Assembly (NCBI GenBank): GCA_028023455.1
Contig: JAQFVV010000003.1
Span: 25,110,001-25,174,000 of the forward strand
From: Epiperipatus broadwayi
Taxonomy: Eukaryota > Animalia > Onychophora
DNA length: 64,000 bases
Reading direction: 5' to 3'
Positions 22,801 to 38,016 of the stretch are shown piece after piece; position 1 is the stretch's first letter; each line of letters starts with the position of its first letter. A program made the position numbers and the translations under genes. The notes below the pieces were generated by a model. It made no database searches. It was not told the origin of the DNA and worked only from the letters and a program-made list of their open reading frames with translations.

Positions 22801-25559
22801 AAATGATTATTTAATCAGAAATTTTGAAAGTATAAGCGAAATTATGCAGAATGTTGGAACTGTTATGAATTAGAAGGAATGAGACAGAAAAAAAAAAGTT
22901 GAGATGTAATTTTAAGAATAAGATAAGTTGTAAATATAGAGAGATCAAGAAGCAAAGAAATAGAACTACTTATAAGAAAAGTGAGCTATAGCAAGATGCA
23001 AGATAAGCTTTTTTGCAGAAAAATGATGATCACATTTCTCTTTTCTCAGCTTAAATTAAGATTAAACAGTCATACCAGTCATCACTTTGCAGACATTAAC
23101 TGCAATCTCATCTAATGTCCTTTGAATTAACTTATGTAGAGATGTAATTAAGCCCCCCCCCCCCCAATTTAATATAACTTAACAACAGTACTTTTTTTAA
23201 AAAAATCTATTATATTTATTTAAAATTTTGATAGCATAATATTTTTAAAATTATCTTTCAAAACATAAATCATCAGCTTTGTTTTATCACAGATTTAATT
23301 ACCAATTTTTTATTAGTGCAATAACACAATTCTAAATATTGAGATACTGAAATAAATTTCTTATTCATAAGCTTACAATGAGAAAATGTGAAATGTCATA
23401 ATTAGATGTATTCTTTTCCATCCATTGATTCTATTTGTTACCTTATAATCACCTTTCCTCATGTAGTAATGATACTATTCTAGCATTTCCTCATACAGTA
23501 TCCACATCCAGTTGCGGATGAGAACCAATTCTGCATTCTTTTTATTTTTTATTTTCTTTTGGCCTTTTAATTTTGTTTATTTTTCCTTTTACTAATATTT
23601 ATATTGAATAACAGCAATATAGGATAATGTTGCCAAAAATTAATGACTGTCACACCACCAAAAGTAAAACATTGTTTCAAATTCTGTCTTGACAAACAAC
23701 CATTTATTATTTCCATATACTATAGTGAACATTTTGTAAATATATAGGATGTCATTTATATAATTTTCAGGAATTGATGATAACTTGATAGTTAAATATT
23801 AATAATTCATTGCAATTAACCTCAGTAATAATCAAATATAGTCATTTAGTTATAGTAATCTAATGTTTTAGACAGAGAACTTAGTAGCATCATTGATATA
23901 TATTTATCAAGGGTATTAAACACTATCTTGTGAAGATAAATTATTAGGTTTACTGAATAATATTATATTGACATCTCAATATGATTAGATGTTTGCCCTA
24001 ATTAATATCATTTGCCTTATTGATATATTTTGTTTTCAATAAAAACCTAATACTAGAGGGTTGTGCATTAGTATAAGTAATGCTAGGAAAGTATACTGAT
24101 TCAGAAACTACTAATTTAGTAGTAGTGTATTAATTAGTACATCAAGGTAAAAATAAAGCAAAGATCCAGGACCCAAAAGAGTGTGATTTCTCTCTATGAA
24201 ATTATTATGCTTATAATCTTTTTTTTTTTGGTCTTCATAACTACACTGTCATTCATTTGACCAATCTAAATTAACTTAGAATTTTTATCCTCTTTATCCA
24301 ATATTAGCTAAATATCTATTTATTGACCAATATTAGATGCAATTTACTGAACTATAGACCAATCTCCTAAAACAAGTCTAAGCCTATTTGACACCTAAAA
24401 AATGTTTCTATAATTCAGCAGGCTTGGATTTAAACCCTGATTGTGGGTATGGTAACATATGCTGATCACTGATATGAAGTTCATTAGTTGTATTGGATCT
24501 ATACATAATATTATATGTATTTAAATTCTTAAGATCAAAAGTATTTCATGTCACCATACATAAATTTAAAAAGAAAAATAGCAAACAATATTCAAAGATT
24601 TATTTCATATAATGCAATGGTTTTGCTATATGCTCTAAAAACTATATAGACAATAATAAGGTGTGAAATGATTTTTGATGATAAAATTATAATTGGTTAA
24701 AAAAATCTTGATAATGATTGGAATAAATATTTTACCAACTGTATCAGATACATTCCCTATAAAATAACAAAAAAAAATTTGATCAAGCATTGATCTGTCT
24801 CCATATGAATTATGAAAATAATATAAAAATTAAAAAAAGTATTATTCAAAGAAGAAACTTATAAAATAATATATAAATAAGTATAAAGATCTGTAATTAC
24901 AAATTTATGTACAAACAATTATTGCAAAATTGTGTATAATTTTTATTTTTTGTTAATAAAGATTTTAGTTTTTTTTTAAATGTATTTAATGTGGATGTGT
25001 CTTCTACATAAATTAATGCTATACTCTTTTTATCACTCTCTAGGCATACAAAAGTAGGGTCAGAATTCTATAGTGAACTCAAATATTCCACAGAAGTGCA
25101 TCATAATGGTTTGAAAAATCCAAAAATTTTAAACTCTTCTATCAGTTGATGTTTCAAAATTTGACATCCACATAATCCCATGATCTCAATAGTGATGAAT
25201 TAGGTGTTTAAATGAATTACACCATTACAATCAAATTGACAACTTTGTGCTAATTCATCTTAGATACATTGCCATTTAGTTTAGTGCATCAACCTATCAT
25301 GTCCAATTTAGGTGGAATTTGGTAATTTTTTTAGGTAATCAACTCAACTGCCATCTAATTATTGGTAAAGGTACATACAACTAGAGAATAAAAAAAACAA
25401 CTCTCATTATCACTCCCAGTTATCTAATCTGAGAGTAATATCATCGGTTTTTCAAATAATTTTTATGCAAGACTAGCACAATATTAAAAATTATGATTAA
25501 CCTCAATACTTTTATAATTATATATATGGTTAACCGTAGGAGCCCAATATTTATACATA

Positions 25560-26300
25560 TGTGAGTAAAAAGAAATGGGAAATAGTCCTTCATTAGTCCA
25601 AAGCAGGGCAAAGTCTTTGCAAAAGTCCATAGAATTCATAAAAAATAACGCATTAAAAAATATGCTTTTGTGTGTGTTTTTTTCTAGCTAAAAGTAGATG
25701 TCTATTTATTAACCAATATTGAATAGCTGGCTAAATTGGTCAGCTAGATACCTAGAAAAATCTTGATTCAAGTTTTATTTAGTTCAGATCAAACCCAAGT
25801 CATGACATGACAAGGGAATAACTCTAAAGCTTAAAGTCCTTCATAACATATATAAGTACATTAGCAGATTAATTTCAATATATACACATAGTGGGATCAT
25901 AAAGTAATTTTTTATAATTTCATTTGAAAATCTTATTTTTAGAGTAAGTACTTTTGGTTCCGTACTTTTTTATTTACAGAAAGATATACCATAGTCAAGA
26001 TAAGAAATTATGTTATTTTAGTATGATGGGTTAGAATTTTTTTCAAAAAAAAATCCAAATTAGTTCACTGGATAACATGAACACCTATGTTTCCAAATTT
26101 AACTCTTACACATTATTTCTTATGAGTTCATCCCAAATTGATTCAGAATATTACATTTACAACATAAATCACATTAGAATTTTCAATCATTAGCATAATT
26201 TAGGAGTGCTTATTAATTCATCAATAGAGTAGGAAGGGGTTTAGAAAAATACTACAAGCCTGACTTGACAAATCTTGTAAACGATAACAGAATTATATTA
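25560..26300 (+). mobile_element. Possible very old Penelope-like RT relic
   Basis: Fragments AKVHRIHKK...PILNS and HYFL*VHPKLIQNI resemble the PLE RT motifs (LPKIHK..RPI; YL...S.HP). Weak. Confidence 0.3.
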
Positions 26301-28689
26301 TAGAAAATTAAAAAATAGGATAAACATATATTTAAATCAAATATCTATTCAATATTAAGTGTAAAAATCATAATATAGCAATATCTAAAAGTTTAAATAT
26401 GGTACATGGTGATGAATGTATGTAACATATATCTAAATTTGTCCATATGAGGAAATAGTTTTTTTTTTTTTCTATTTGAGTCAAATAAATCCGAATTAAA
26501 GTAAATTAATATTGAGGGAGGAGATAAGAAGCCAAAAACAAATAAATTGTTTTGCATGTTGAAATTAATTTTAATATTACAAATTTATTTATTTTTTGCT
26601 AAAAAAAAAAAAAAAAATAGTCACAAATATATATATAGAAACCAGTCACTTATTTGTGGGATGGTGGTGTATTGAAAATTACAGTATAGAAATATTATTC
26701 ATTAAGTGGATAGATAATCTCTAGTCTAATGAACAATTAATAAAACATATTAATTATACTATAAAGGTTATAAAATATTAAAATTATATAATTAAAAGTT
26801 AGAAAAAATATTCTGATTAAAGTAAATCTTTTGCTTTTGATAAATGAAACAATAGTTATTATGCAATTAAAAGGATTTATTAATTAACAGTATATATATA
26901 TGATGCAATCAAAACAGCAGATATTTAAAAGAAGGAGTTTTAGAATAATTTTTAGTCATATATTTATTTCCATTTACAGCAATTACAAGACCACAGCAGA
27001 AGGCAATTCATGTCATCAGAATTTCAACAGATAAAAACTTGTATCAGAAAAGAAAGGAAGCAAACAATGGTAGCAGATTAACCAAAAAATCAGCCACAAC
27101 CCTAACAGGAAACATATAAATAAAATTATATTTTTCCTTATTGTCAATGATGTTAATCTATATAGCTCATAACTTTTTGTGCATGATGTGTTAATTTTCA
27201 TTTTTAGAAACTGTGTGTCATGTCCGATTATATGAGTCTGAAATGAATTACATTATCTGAAGATCTTCAGAAACATAAAGAAATACCTGGCATTTTGTGA
27301 TCCAATCCATCTATTAAGAAAAATGTATTGTAAACTGCCATTAAAGATTAAAGCTCATATAAGTATCATTGATAAGATCTACAAATCTGAGAAAACAAAT
27401 ACTATATACATTTGAATTAAAAATACAGTAAAAACTTGCAAGCATAATGTAAAGAATTGAGATATTTAAATTTGTACTGATATAATCTACAGTTAGAAAT
27501 TAATGATATATTTACAAACAATGAAAATAAGATAATGAAAGTTAGATTTTAATGATTTATATATACTTTTTTTTCTTTCTAGTAATGGCTTAAATAAAAC
27601 CCTTAATTTATTCCATTTCTATTTAATATTAATATTTCTAATACTATATTTTTTAATTGTTTGCATGCATATTTTTATTATAATGTCAGTAGTATATGGT
27701 CTATATTGCAAATTTTATATTTGTATAACTTTATCAAAGTGCATTAACCGATATGTCATATAGTTTTCTAACTAGTAAGATAATATGGAATTGGTGGAAT
27801 TTGATTGAGAGTATGTCTAATATGTACAACATTTTAGATATTCATATTTTAGTATTATTATCATATTGTGACTTATTCATTTTTTATTGCTTTTCATAGA
27901 TTTTTGAGCTTTTTATTTTTAATTGCATGTTCCATGTTGTAAAACATTTGTTATAGATGTGAATAATTTGTTTTTAAAGTATAAGTTGGGATTGTAAATA
28001 TGAAGAGTTAAGGCATGAGGATTTAATGTCGTGGTGAAGCTAATCCATTTATGAGACTAGATGGTCTTATTCTTGTGAAGTAACTGAGATTATATCCTTA
28101 TTTACAAAGCTGCTTATTCCCAAGTTAACTCTTCTACATCATTATATATAATAGTGTCCAAAGTGGCATGATATCTAGTTGCTTATGAATGTCATATACA
28201 TACTGTTATAAATAATATATAATTATACTAATAATTATAACCTCAATAATTTTACATATAATTACATAACATACACTTACCAACAAAAATAAAAAGTCAA
28301 ATGGCTTTTTAAATAGTTCACTCACTGTAGGGGAAAAAAAAACCTTCCAAAATAAGTTACTCCCTTTGCCATATTAATTCAGTGAAGAAGCTATTATTCA
28401 TCAAATTTGCTAAATACTAGGTGGTAAAAATTTGGGTATCTTTTCATTTATTTATTAATATTAAATAATAAATAGACTGGGTATGAACTTTTATATGAAA
28501 GAAAAAATTTGATTAAAACATGAAAAAATTGTACAAAAATTTCCATGATCTAAATTTGAACTTAGGTCATAGGCATGATAGGTAAACATGTATGTTATAA
28601 CTGCATAAATACACACCTATTTTTAAAAATAACTGTAATTGAATCCATAATTCAAAAAGTATAATCTAAAAGATCAAAGACAGATTTAA

Positions 28690-31580
28690 CATCGATATTT
28701 TTATATCACCATTTTCACCATCACTGCAGGATGAAGTTATCTCCAAGTTTAATTCAATTTCTCAGATTTTTAGACCTTCTTTTCTATATCATCTTAGCAT
28801 ATTTCTTTATTTCATCCAATCATCTCATATGTGACTTCTTTCTAGATCTTTTACAATCACTTAGAATTCAGTTTAAAATTACATCTGTCTATCTACTATC
28901 ATTTCTTTTAGCAATATGTCCAACCAGTTTCTACTTTAATTCTCTTAATTCTTTCAAAGATGTCAATAATATCTATTTCTTTTCTCATCCATGTTTTTAT
29001 TTTCAATCCCTTTTTGTTACTTCTAATATACATCTCTCCATACTTCATTGAGTGACCTAAAATCTGTAGGGTTCTTCCATTAAATGTCCAAATCTCAGAC
29101 ACCTAAGTTAGAATTGGTAAAACGCATTAATTAAGAATCGTTCTTTTCATACATAAAGGCATATTTCCATTTAATATTAGGTTATTTCTACCCAAATCAC
29201 TCTGTCCAAGTTTAATTGTTTGATTAATTTCATACATTACATTTATATCTGTATTAATAATCTTTCCAAAATAATTGTAAACTTACTTCTAATTCATCAT
29301 TATCAATCATTATTATTATTTTTTTTAAAAAAAATCCACTGAACATTATTTTAGTCTTTTAGCATTTATCCTTAGTCTTGCTTTCTCACTTCTATCTGAT
29401 AACTCTTACACATTTCCTGAAATTCTGAAGCATTATTTGCAAAAATAATTTCACCATCTGCAAAATCAAGCACTTAAATAATCTTTTATTCCTTTAGGTT
29501 CCCATTTTACTTCATAAAGCACTTCTTGTAAAAGTGCTGTAAAAAGTTTGGAGATATGGAGTCACCCTGTTATATGTCCATGTTATTGTTAATTTTTCTA
29601 GTATCACTATGTAATCTGATCTTTGTTGTTGTATTTTGATAAATTTTTTTCAAAATATGATAATATCCTGGATATATATCTTAATGATCCTATGCTTTAA
29701 TCACTGAAGAAATATTTACAGAATCAATGCCTTTTTATAATATACAAATCCAAAACATAATGGCAATTCATATTCATTGATCCTTTCTATAACTTTTTTT
29801 AATACTTGGATGTGATCTACTGTGCTAAAACCACTTTTAAAATCCAGCTTGTTCTTTTGGTTGATTAAAATCCAAAGTTGTAGATGAATTGTAATTATCT
29901 TGGTAAAAAAATTTGTATAGAACTGATAAAAGACTGATAGGTCTTTAATTTCTAACATCATCTTTTTCACTTTTTTTAAATATTAATACTGCATTCTTCC
30001 AATCATCTGGTACATCCTCATCATTCAGTTATTTGGTATATATCTTTGCTAATAATTTTTCTACTTTTTCATCTGCGTCCTTTAAGATAGTAAATATAAT
30101 TCTACCATTATATGTAGTTTTTCCTTTCTTAATAGAATTAACTGCATGTCTCATTTTATTTAAAATCTTAGGAAATTCAGATTTACTAATTGTAGAAGAT
30201 ACTTTTTCTTGTTCTTTATTATTATATAATATATAATACTTTATGGAACACTTCCTTACATTTCATAACATCTTACTTTTTAGTAATAGTTCCATTTTTT
30301 CTTTTTAATGCAGAAATACATTTCCTATCAATACTAAGATGTTGTTTACACTGTTGAAATGTTTATTCTCTTCTATACCTTTCTTTACTAATTCATAATT
30401 ATCATTATTCTTTTTTTCTACTATTTTACAAAATTCTAAATAGTCAGTCCTTAATGAATCAATTTTATGTACTTCCATATTCTTTTTTGTCTTCATAAAT
30501 TAAGTAAAAATTTTATTGGTCAATTGCTGCTTTTTTTTTGTATCACTTATCTTTGTTGCAGTTCTTAATGGTGTGTCAATTATCTTCCTCTTAATTTCAT
30601 TCAAATCTGAATCATTTTCAAAATCTGTTGATATTTTTAAATGTTTTTCGAATTTTAATTTAAGTTCATTGGAATATTTCTGGAGGTTAGAAATATCAAA
30701 AGTGAATACTAATTTTCTTAATAATTGTTGTCTCTTTGGTTTTGCATTAACATTTATATATCTTACTAATCAATGATCATTTTCTTTATTGAATTTATTA
30801 AGAACATTATAACCTTAGTCAAAATGTAATTCAATTCGGTATTCTACTGAACATTCATTTGAATGCTTCTATGTCCATTTCTACTTAGTACATTTTTTAA
30901 AGAAAGATTTCATAACATAAAGGTTTTTTTTCCTGCAAACTCGATAGTTTGTGTCTTCTCTCATTTCTATCATCATAATCAAATTTCCCCACAATTTCTT
31001 CTTTCAATCATTTACCAATTCTAGCATTAAGATTTCCATGACAATTTTAAAATGTTTGGTCTAATCAAAAACCTTTTGTATTTCCATATAAAAATTCTCT
31101 ACTTCTTCATTATAATGAGAATTTGCTGGTGCATAAACTTTAATTATCTGCAACTGGTATCGCCCATTACGTTAAATAACTAATGTTGCCACTCTTTCTG
31201 ATATACCATCAATCTCCACAATATTGTTGCTCTACTTTTTATTAATAATAAATCCTATTCTATTTATGCTTCCAATATTTCCATATTTGTAATATAGTAT
31301 ATGTTTATCTTTTAAATCAATTGTCTCTTTACATTTTCTTCTAACTTCACGAAATCCAATAATGTCCCACTTTATATTGGACAATTCTTCCAATTATTGC
31401 AATCTTCCTTCACTTGAGAAGTGATTTACAATTATAGGTACATACATAAAAAGATATCATCAAATGGCAGCCTGGGTCCATAATCAGGTAATTCTTAGTA
31501 CACTTCACCTTTTGCTGCCAATCACTGGTGACTTTACAGTCTCCTGGGAATAAAAGTCATAATTTAATTTTGTCTGTCAT
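28690..31580 (-). mobile_element. RTE-clade LINE, near full-length ORF, heavily mutated
   Basis: APE: KWDIIGFREVRRK, RIGFIINK. RT: RPISLLSVLYKFFT, FKSGFSTVDHIQ...NEYELPLCFGFVYYKKA, QGDSISPN and DFADG. The C-terminus (IDIFERIKRIK..., DNFILQ) is typical of RTE. Confidence 0.9.
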
Positions 31581-32314
31581 GATTGTAAATATCTATTTTA
31601 AAAAAGTTCATTCAGATATATATTTATTTTATCTTCAAGAAATCTTAATTGACATTTTAGCTAAGAACTATCATGCAACCAACTGAGAAGAAAATCCATG
31701 GTGTTTTTTTTATCTTAAAATCAGAGGTAAAAAGTCAATAAACTCAACATACTGGGTGATATAGATTGGTAAGCAGTCCAACCATATTTGTATAGTATAT
31801 AAATAATCATATAATAATAATAGCTGCAATGACAAGAACATATAAAAGGGATATTAGAAATTTGCTCTGCATAATTCCTTTAATGTCTTAAAGATGACTT
31901 GAAGGTTGTCCTTTCAGTTAACAGCAAACTCCTCTCTGCAGCTATTTTTGTATATGCTTGCATATATATATACACTAACATACAAGCTGAATCATTACTT
32001 TATCATCAATTATAGAGCAAAAATTTCTAAAAAAATTATTTATAAAGATTTGTCAAACCATATTCTATAAAATTTTCTATAATTTCACCCATCATCTCAT
32101 GTCAAGTTCTAGGTCTCTATGCTTATCTTTTGCTTTTCAGTCCAATGGTTATCAAAAATTTGATAAAAACTAGGATGATTTCAGCATCACTAAGCCTCAG
32201 TTCTTACAGACATGCACATCCACTCATATATATATATATTGTAAATATAAGCAAAAAATGCTAAAATATAGTGTGTAAATTATTACTGAAAATAATCTAG
32301 ATTGTAGCATTTTT

Positions 32315-33760
32315 TCAAAATAAACCGTGAATAAGAGAATATTTAAATATATACAGAAGTGTTAAATTATATATATTTGTTGTGATGGTTGTTTTATAAT
32401 TATTCTTGAATAGGTCTAGACTATTTGTCAAGCTATAAAAAAATAATAGAATGGTCATTGCTAGGAAATGATGACGTGCTAATACTAATACTTGATGATA
32501 ATCAAATAGTTCTTTAATGTTAACATTCAGTGTACTTTCTAAAAGAGTCTGAGTCCTAAAACTTGCTTTAAAGCAAATCATCATATACGCATGAATGTAA
32601 TAACCAGAGAAAAATCAATTTACGAATACACAAATAAATACTAAATATAAGCCATCTAAATACACATATATAAACACATAAATGATGTTTATGAATATAC
32701 CAAACAAAAAATTACAAAGCTGCTTTGTCAAACAGATCAATTATAAATAAATATACAGAAACAAATATAAACAAGTAAATTATATATATAGTTGTAATTA
32801 ATAAAAATAAAAAAAACTTATCAAAGCAAAAGATCAGTTACAAATACTTTATATAACCCATCTAACATATATATACAAATACGTAAACTTATATAAATAA
32901 TAACTGTAGGTGTGCCAAATAAAACACAAAACAGTTGTTACAAAAAGAAAAACAATACTATTAATAAAACATAAAGGTCAAATTATTATTCTAGAATTAA
33001 GGAAGATCTCTACCACATACGGGCGAGCTTCATTAAATAACAAATATAACGTAGATAATAAAAAGACCTCAATAATTTAAAGTAAAAGTTTGTGATAAAA
33101 TAAATCGAGCACTTACATTAATAAATAAAATTTAAAAAATCGAAGTAAAAAAATTATTAGATTTTATAAATATTTGGGTCAAAACAAAAAAAAAAAAACA
33201 TTAACTGCAAATATAATCAACCTCCAGGTGCGCTTATGCTTATTATTAAAGTTATTCCCCTCTTTTGAAAGTCCAAACTAACATAACTTACATGTTTTCT
33301 AATAAGTGACCGACCCTTTCTGTATTCTCTGTAACCATAGAGACAATAAAACGAGTGGAATCACTATTTGAGAGAATATATTAAAAATATTATATTTATC
33401 TATAAAATTAATAGAAAAAAATATTTAAAAATGTATTAAATCTCAAAAAAATAATTGTATTACAAAGTTTAAAAACTTTTGCAATCCGCAAGCCCTCTCA
33501 ATAAACATGTCATCGCTTTTAGATACGATAACCATTATCAATGTTCACCTAACCAGATTTAAATTAAACTATAAAACGTTATTTTTTACAAGAAACAGAA
33601 AGAAAAAAAATAGGAATTTTTTTATAAATTAAAACTAATTCAGTTACCAAAAAAGGTTGGCTAATTACTTCTTTAATCTAAACATTCCTTCACATTTAAA
33701 AATTAAATAATCGATGACTTACCGTTTTTTGTGGCCATAAGACATCTGCAAAACCTCCAT
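32315..33760 (-). CDS. Tentative three-coding-exon orphan gene (33760-33723, 33363-33292, 32555-32315; 116 aa), with an upstream UTR exon ending at 34742
   Basis: Donors AGG|GTAAGT, ACG|GTAAGT and CAT|GTAAGT. Acceptors CCCTATCAG, CTCTCAAATAG and GTTTTAG. The 72-nt middle exon is phase 2-2, and the joined frame is open (MEVLQMSYGHKKRDSTRFIVSMVTENTERVGHLLENMTQTLLES...HGLF*). No family recognised. Confidence 0.4.
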
Positions 33761-35350
33761 TTAACCATCTTGACCACATTAGTTACAATCCACATTCAAG
33801 ATAAGTTAAAGCACTTTAAATCAATTTTCAAAGCCCAGTTCCTACCCTCACAACTGTTGCACTCAGAAGGCTATATACAGAACTATACATCCATGGAAAA
33901 CGTTATGGCTGACTCCTCACAAATGAACAGCTACTGCCCCCGTGGTATGTTGAAGGCCCCTCCCCTTGAGATAGTTATAAAAGTTGTAAAAACGACACGC
34001 TGATAGGGTTAAAATGTAAATATATACTCTCCTCCTCTTAGGAAAGATTTTACCATTTGATTCGTTCAACAAAACTAATTGGACAGATAAACAATGAAAA
34101 TAAAGACAAATTTCAGAGAGATGCGTTAAAATAATCATACAAAAAAATTGTCATTCTTCGTTAATAAGTGATTTAAGTTTTTTTTATAAGCGATTAAAGT
34201 TTAGATTAATTTTTTTTACAAAAAAATCTTTAAATCCTAACGTATTTTAAAATTATAGTAGACTCTGCAGACAAGTTTTTTTCTATTCCGGGTATCTTTA
34301 CAAAGTCTTGTATGTACAAATAAATGATTGCGCTTATGTATATATACTGTAAATATTTATTTGATTCATAACGTGTAAGTGTTGGGATGGAAATGAATGC
34401 TAAATATGTAACTATCATTTCTTAAACATTCTATTGAGCTTCGTTGATGATCAAATAAATAGCTTCTTAAATTTGACAAGTAAACGCTCATACACAAATG
34501 TTTGTGTATGCGTGTAATAATAAAAAGCAAAACGGTTTTTAAATAGTTCACTATTGGACAGAGACCTCTCCAATAGTACATCACAGAAAAACAATGACTG
34601 CTGACAGTATGAGAGTTTAAATGTTTTCCCATCTTTGCTTTATCCTGTAGCTAAGTGTTAGCTGGATAGTCTGTGTAACGGCAATTGAAAACAATCCTCA
34701 AGCCTGATTAAAACTTTAAAAAAGTTTCCAATTTTACTTACCCTAAATTTGTAATCAAGTCAAGTATGGCAGGAAAATGTGTTATGATTGTGTCATAAAG
34801 TCGTTTGTATGTGTAAATATATATATGCAGATTTATGTATACTCTCATTGCGCATGGATTCAATTATTTACGATTTAAAAAAAAATTAAATAAAAATATT
34901 TTAAAAATTATAACTTTATAAAGTTTATGTGGTTATACTTATCTATGTGAGGTTTGCATGTTTGTTTATCTTGCAGAGTTGTTACATTCATACTGTTGAA
35001 ATCTCAGTGAAACCATTTCATTTATTATTTCTTCATTGAAAATTTAAAAATTAAATTTTGTTTTTAAATAATGATGATAGCCATTTTTCCAAATCTAGAA
35101 AAAAAAAACAATAAATCGATTCATAAAAGAATAGAGGGGGGAATCATGATAGTCGCATCCACAGTAAATTTTAATTATTTAGTAAAAACTGAAGCACGAT
35201 TAACTTTGTGGCTGGAAGATACAAATAAATGTTGGGGTAACTTCTAATATATTTTGTACAAAACATTGATAAAGACTTGTAGCAAAGAATTCACTAAATG
35301 GAGTCAAGCTATTTTCTGTAAATCAAAGATAATTTCAGAATCGAAGAAAG
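32580..35350. promoter_or_regulatory. CpG-retaining island, probable unmethylated promoter region
   Basis: Dozens of CG dinucleotides at unchanged low GC content, while the flanks are nearly CG-free. Contains consensus minus-strand donors at 34741, 33722 and 33291. Confidence 0.55.
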
Positions 35351-36839
35351 GATACCTATTAGAACAGAAACTTAATTAGGATAAAACTGAGTTATTCTGG
35401 AAGAAAGTGGTAAGCATATTTATAAAAAGCTGAAAGAAGCAAAAAACTTTTAAGTAATGGATGAATAGATTAACCATGGTACCATATGGCAATATTTCAG
35501 TTCACACAATAAAGCCCAAAACTTGTTACTGATCCAAGAATCTCTGTTCTCTGAAGAACATAAATAAAAAACATAAAAACTTGTTTCATGGCTATTCTGT
35601 TTATGAAATGATTCCATAATTGTTTAATTTTCAAAGTTAAATAAATATCTGAGACAGAAAAAATTTGAATTTAAAGTCCTGTTGACTTTAGATAATAGAT
35701 TTCCTCATTCTGAATCTACATGAGTTAAAGATGAAACTTATCACTTTTATATATATATATTATCTCAAATATACTTATTGCTATAATCTCTTGATTAAGA
35801 TGTCATTCCGTATACCAAAAATAACATACATTTGTTGAGTAGTCAGTCAAATTTGAAAAGCCTTTAATGCCAAACCTAATGCTCAATTGGCATAATGTTA
35901 AAATAATATTGCATTTATAAAATCACCAGAGGATGAATTGAAATCAGTGAACGTGAAAAAGTTTTCCAAAAATTCTAAAAAAAAAAAAAACAGTTACAAG
36001 AACTTAATGAGTTAGTGCAAAAAAGAGAGAGAGAGAGAGAGAGAAAGCTAGCAATGTAGCTATTAAATCAGTTTTGTGACATATTTCAAATTAAAATGAA
36101 TCTAAAGGACAAAACTATGAAATATGACATGATGGAATGCAATATTAAAATCATGTATACAATCAACAAAAGATTACAAATACTGAAAAAACATTTTGAT
36201 AAATTAAAACGATAAAAAACAATGTCTTATCTCAAAGTTTTTCAAAAGTAAATTAGCACAAGATAAAAATAGAACTTTATTTGTTTCAGATATTATTCCA
36301 AATTTGCCACAGAATGCGAACTTCATTTGTATAATCTAGTGGTCTAAGATCATCTAAAATGGATTATCCTTATGATACATTATCAGAAGATCAATACTAT
36401 AATACTGGATTATAATACTTCTGTCATTCATCTCAGTTCATCTCATCAGATAAGCATCTTAAATATCTTCTACGTTTTATTATCATTATTACCAATTTTC
36501 ATCACAAGAAGAATGAAAAAGGGTAGTAAATTATATTTGAGGGTAAAAGTAATTGCTTGAACACATTTATATGCTTACATTTGAGCAGTATACATTCAAA
36601 CACAATTGCAAGGAAATCAAGTCATGAATCACGTGACTTAATTTCTGAAGATAAGGATGTTCTGAAAAGCTTGTTAAGAGCTATTGGCTTCTCATTATAT
36701 AACATTCAAATACATACATAAATGTGTTTTCTCTCAACTCATTTGTGCATTGCCATTTTCATGACTGCATTGTTGTCTTCTATCTATCTGTTTTTTTTTT
36801 TTTTTTGGTTAATTATTTTTACCAATATCTTAAAAAGTA

Positions 36840-38016
36840 CACCTGGGTCTCATTTTATGTGATAGATAGGTTCCACAGAAAATCTGCATTAAAAAAATCA
36901 CACAAAAGTAGACTTAACTTACCTTGAAAAATGGGAGATAGGTTCTGTAATTTTCAGAAATTGCATAAAAGCAAAGCAACAAGGAAAAATTACTTTAAAA
37001 TTTGCATTAAAAAAATAAGGAAATAAAGTATGACTAATAAAAAATTTCAAACATTTGAAAAAAAATTAATACAAGATTTTTTTTTTTACCTTTTTAATTT
37101 AATTTTATATTTTTTCATACATATTTTAATCATTATTGCTATTTGACAATATGTGTTCATTTGTGAACTGGAAAGAAATCAGATTCGTCATGAGAGCAAG
37201 TACAACTAGTGCCACTTTCAATCTTAGTCTGTGTTAATGGTTTTCTGTTGACAATGTAATCAGTGATTAAACTTTGAGATGATGATTTTATTAATTGTTT
37301 ATAAAGCTCACAATATCCAGACATATAACTATTTAGCTCTCGTTGGAATTTAAGAGGTTGTTCATTGCAGGAAACTCAGATTTCAGCATTTTCTGGCATT
37401 TGTCTTTGTCTCACACATTAACCTAAAATCTACGATTAACTGATTTTTACATATCAGAAAATAATAAATTTGTCTTTTTTTGTTCACCACTGAAATAAAT
37501 TTTAAATGTTCACATTTTGTTTCTATATTAAAAAAATGAGATTGCAATCAAAACAAAAAGATTATACATTATCATTAGAAAGATTATTTTCAGTTTACAA
37601 AATCAATAAAATCTTCGTTATTTTAAAAATCTAAAAGATTATTTATTTTGGTTATATCTAATAAAATATGTTTTAAAAGTTTAAAATTTTTGAATATTTA
37701 TTGTGATATTTTTATATGTAAATATAAATCTATTATTATTATTTACTCATTAGTATAAGTAGGTTATTTACATAGAAGCTAAGATTCTAAATACAACTTC
37801 AGGCCATATTCACTTTAGCTATTAATATAACTTTATATTTTTGAAAGAAAAAAAAGTATTTCAAGTCAAAATAAATTATTAATAATTTAATTTCTTGATA
37901 TCTAATAAATATAGTGAAATATAAAAGATATTAAGAGTTAAACAAGAATTGCATAACATAACTTCAAAATTGCATTAAAATAATCCACATAAAATGCGTA
38001 AAATGAGACCCAGGTG
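36840..38016 (-). mobile_element. pogo/Tigger-like DNA transposon, internally deleted
   Basis: TIR CACCTGGGTCTCATTTTA at both ends with TA TSDs (36838-36839, 38017-38018). Minus-strand remnant 37157-37410 reads LKFQRELNSYMSGYCELYKQLIKSSSQSLITDYI, like a Tigger transposase C-terminus. Confidence 0.85.

Noticed and set aside
35180-35460. Possible hAT transposase traces (IFCTKH**RLVAK)
   Set aside because: The similarity is too short and broken, and there are no TIRs.
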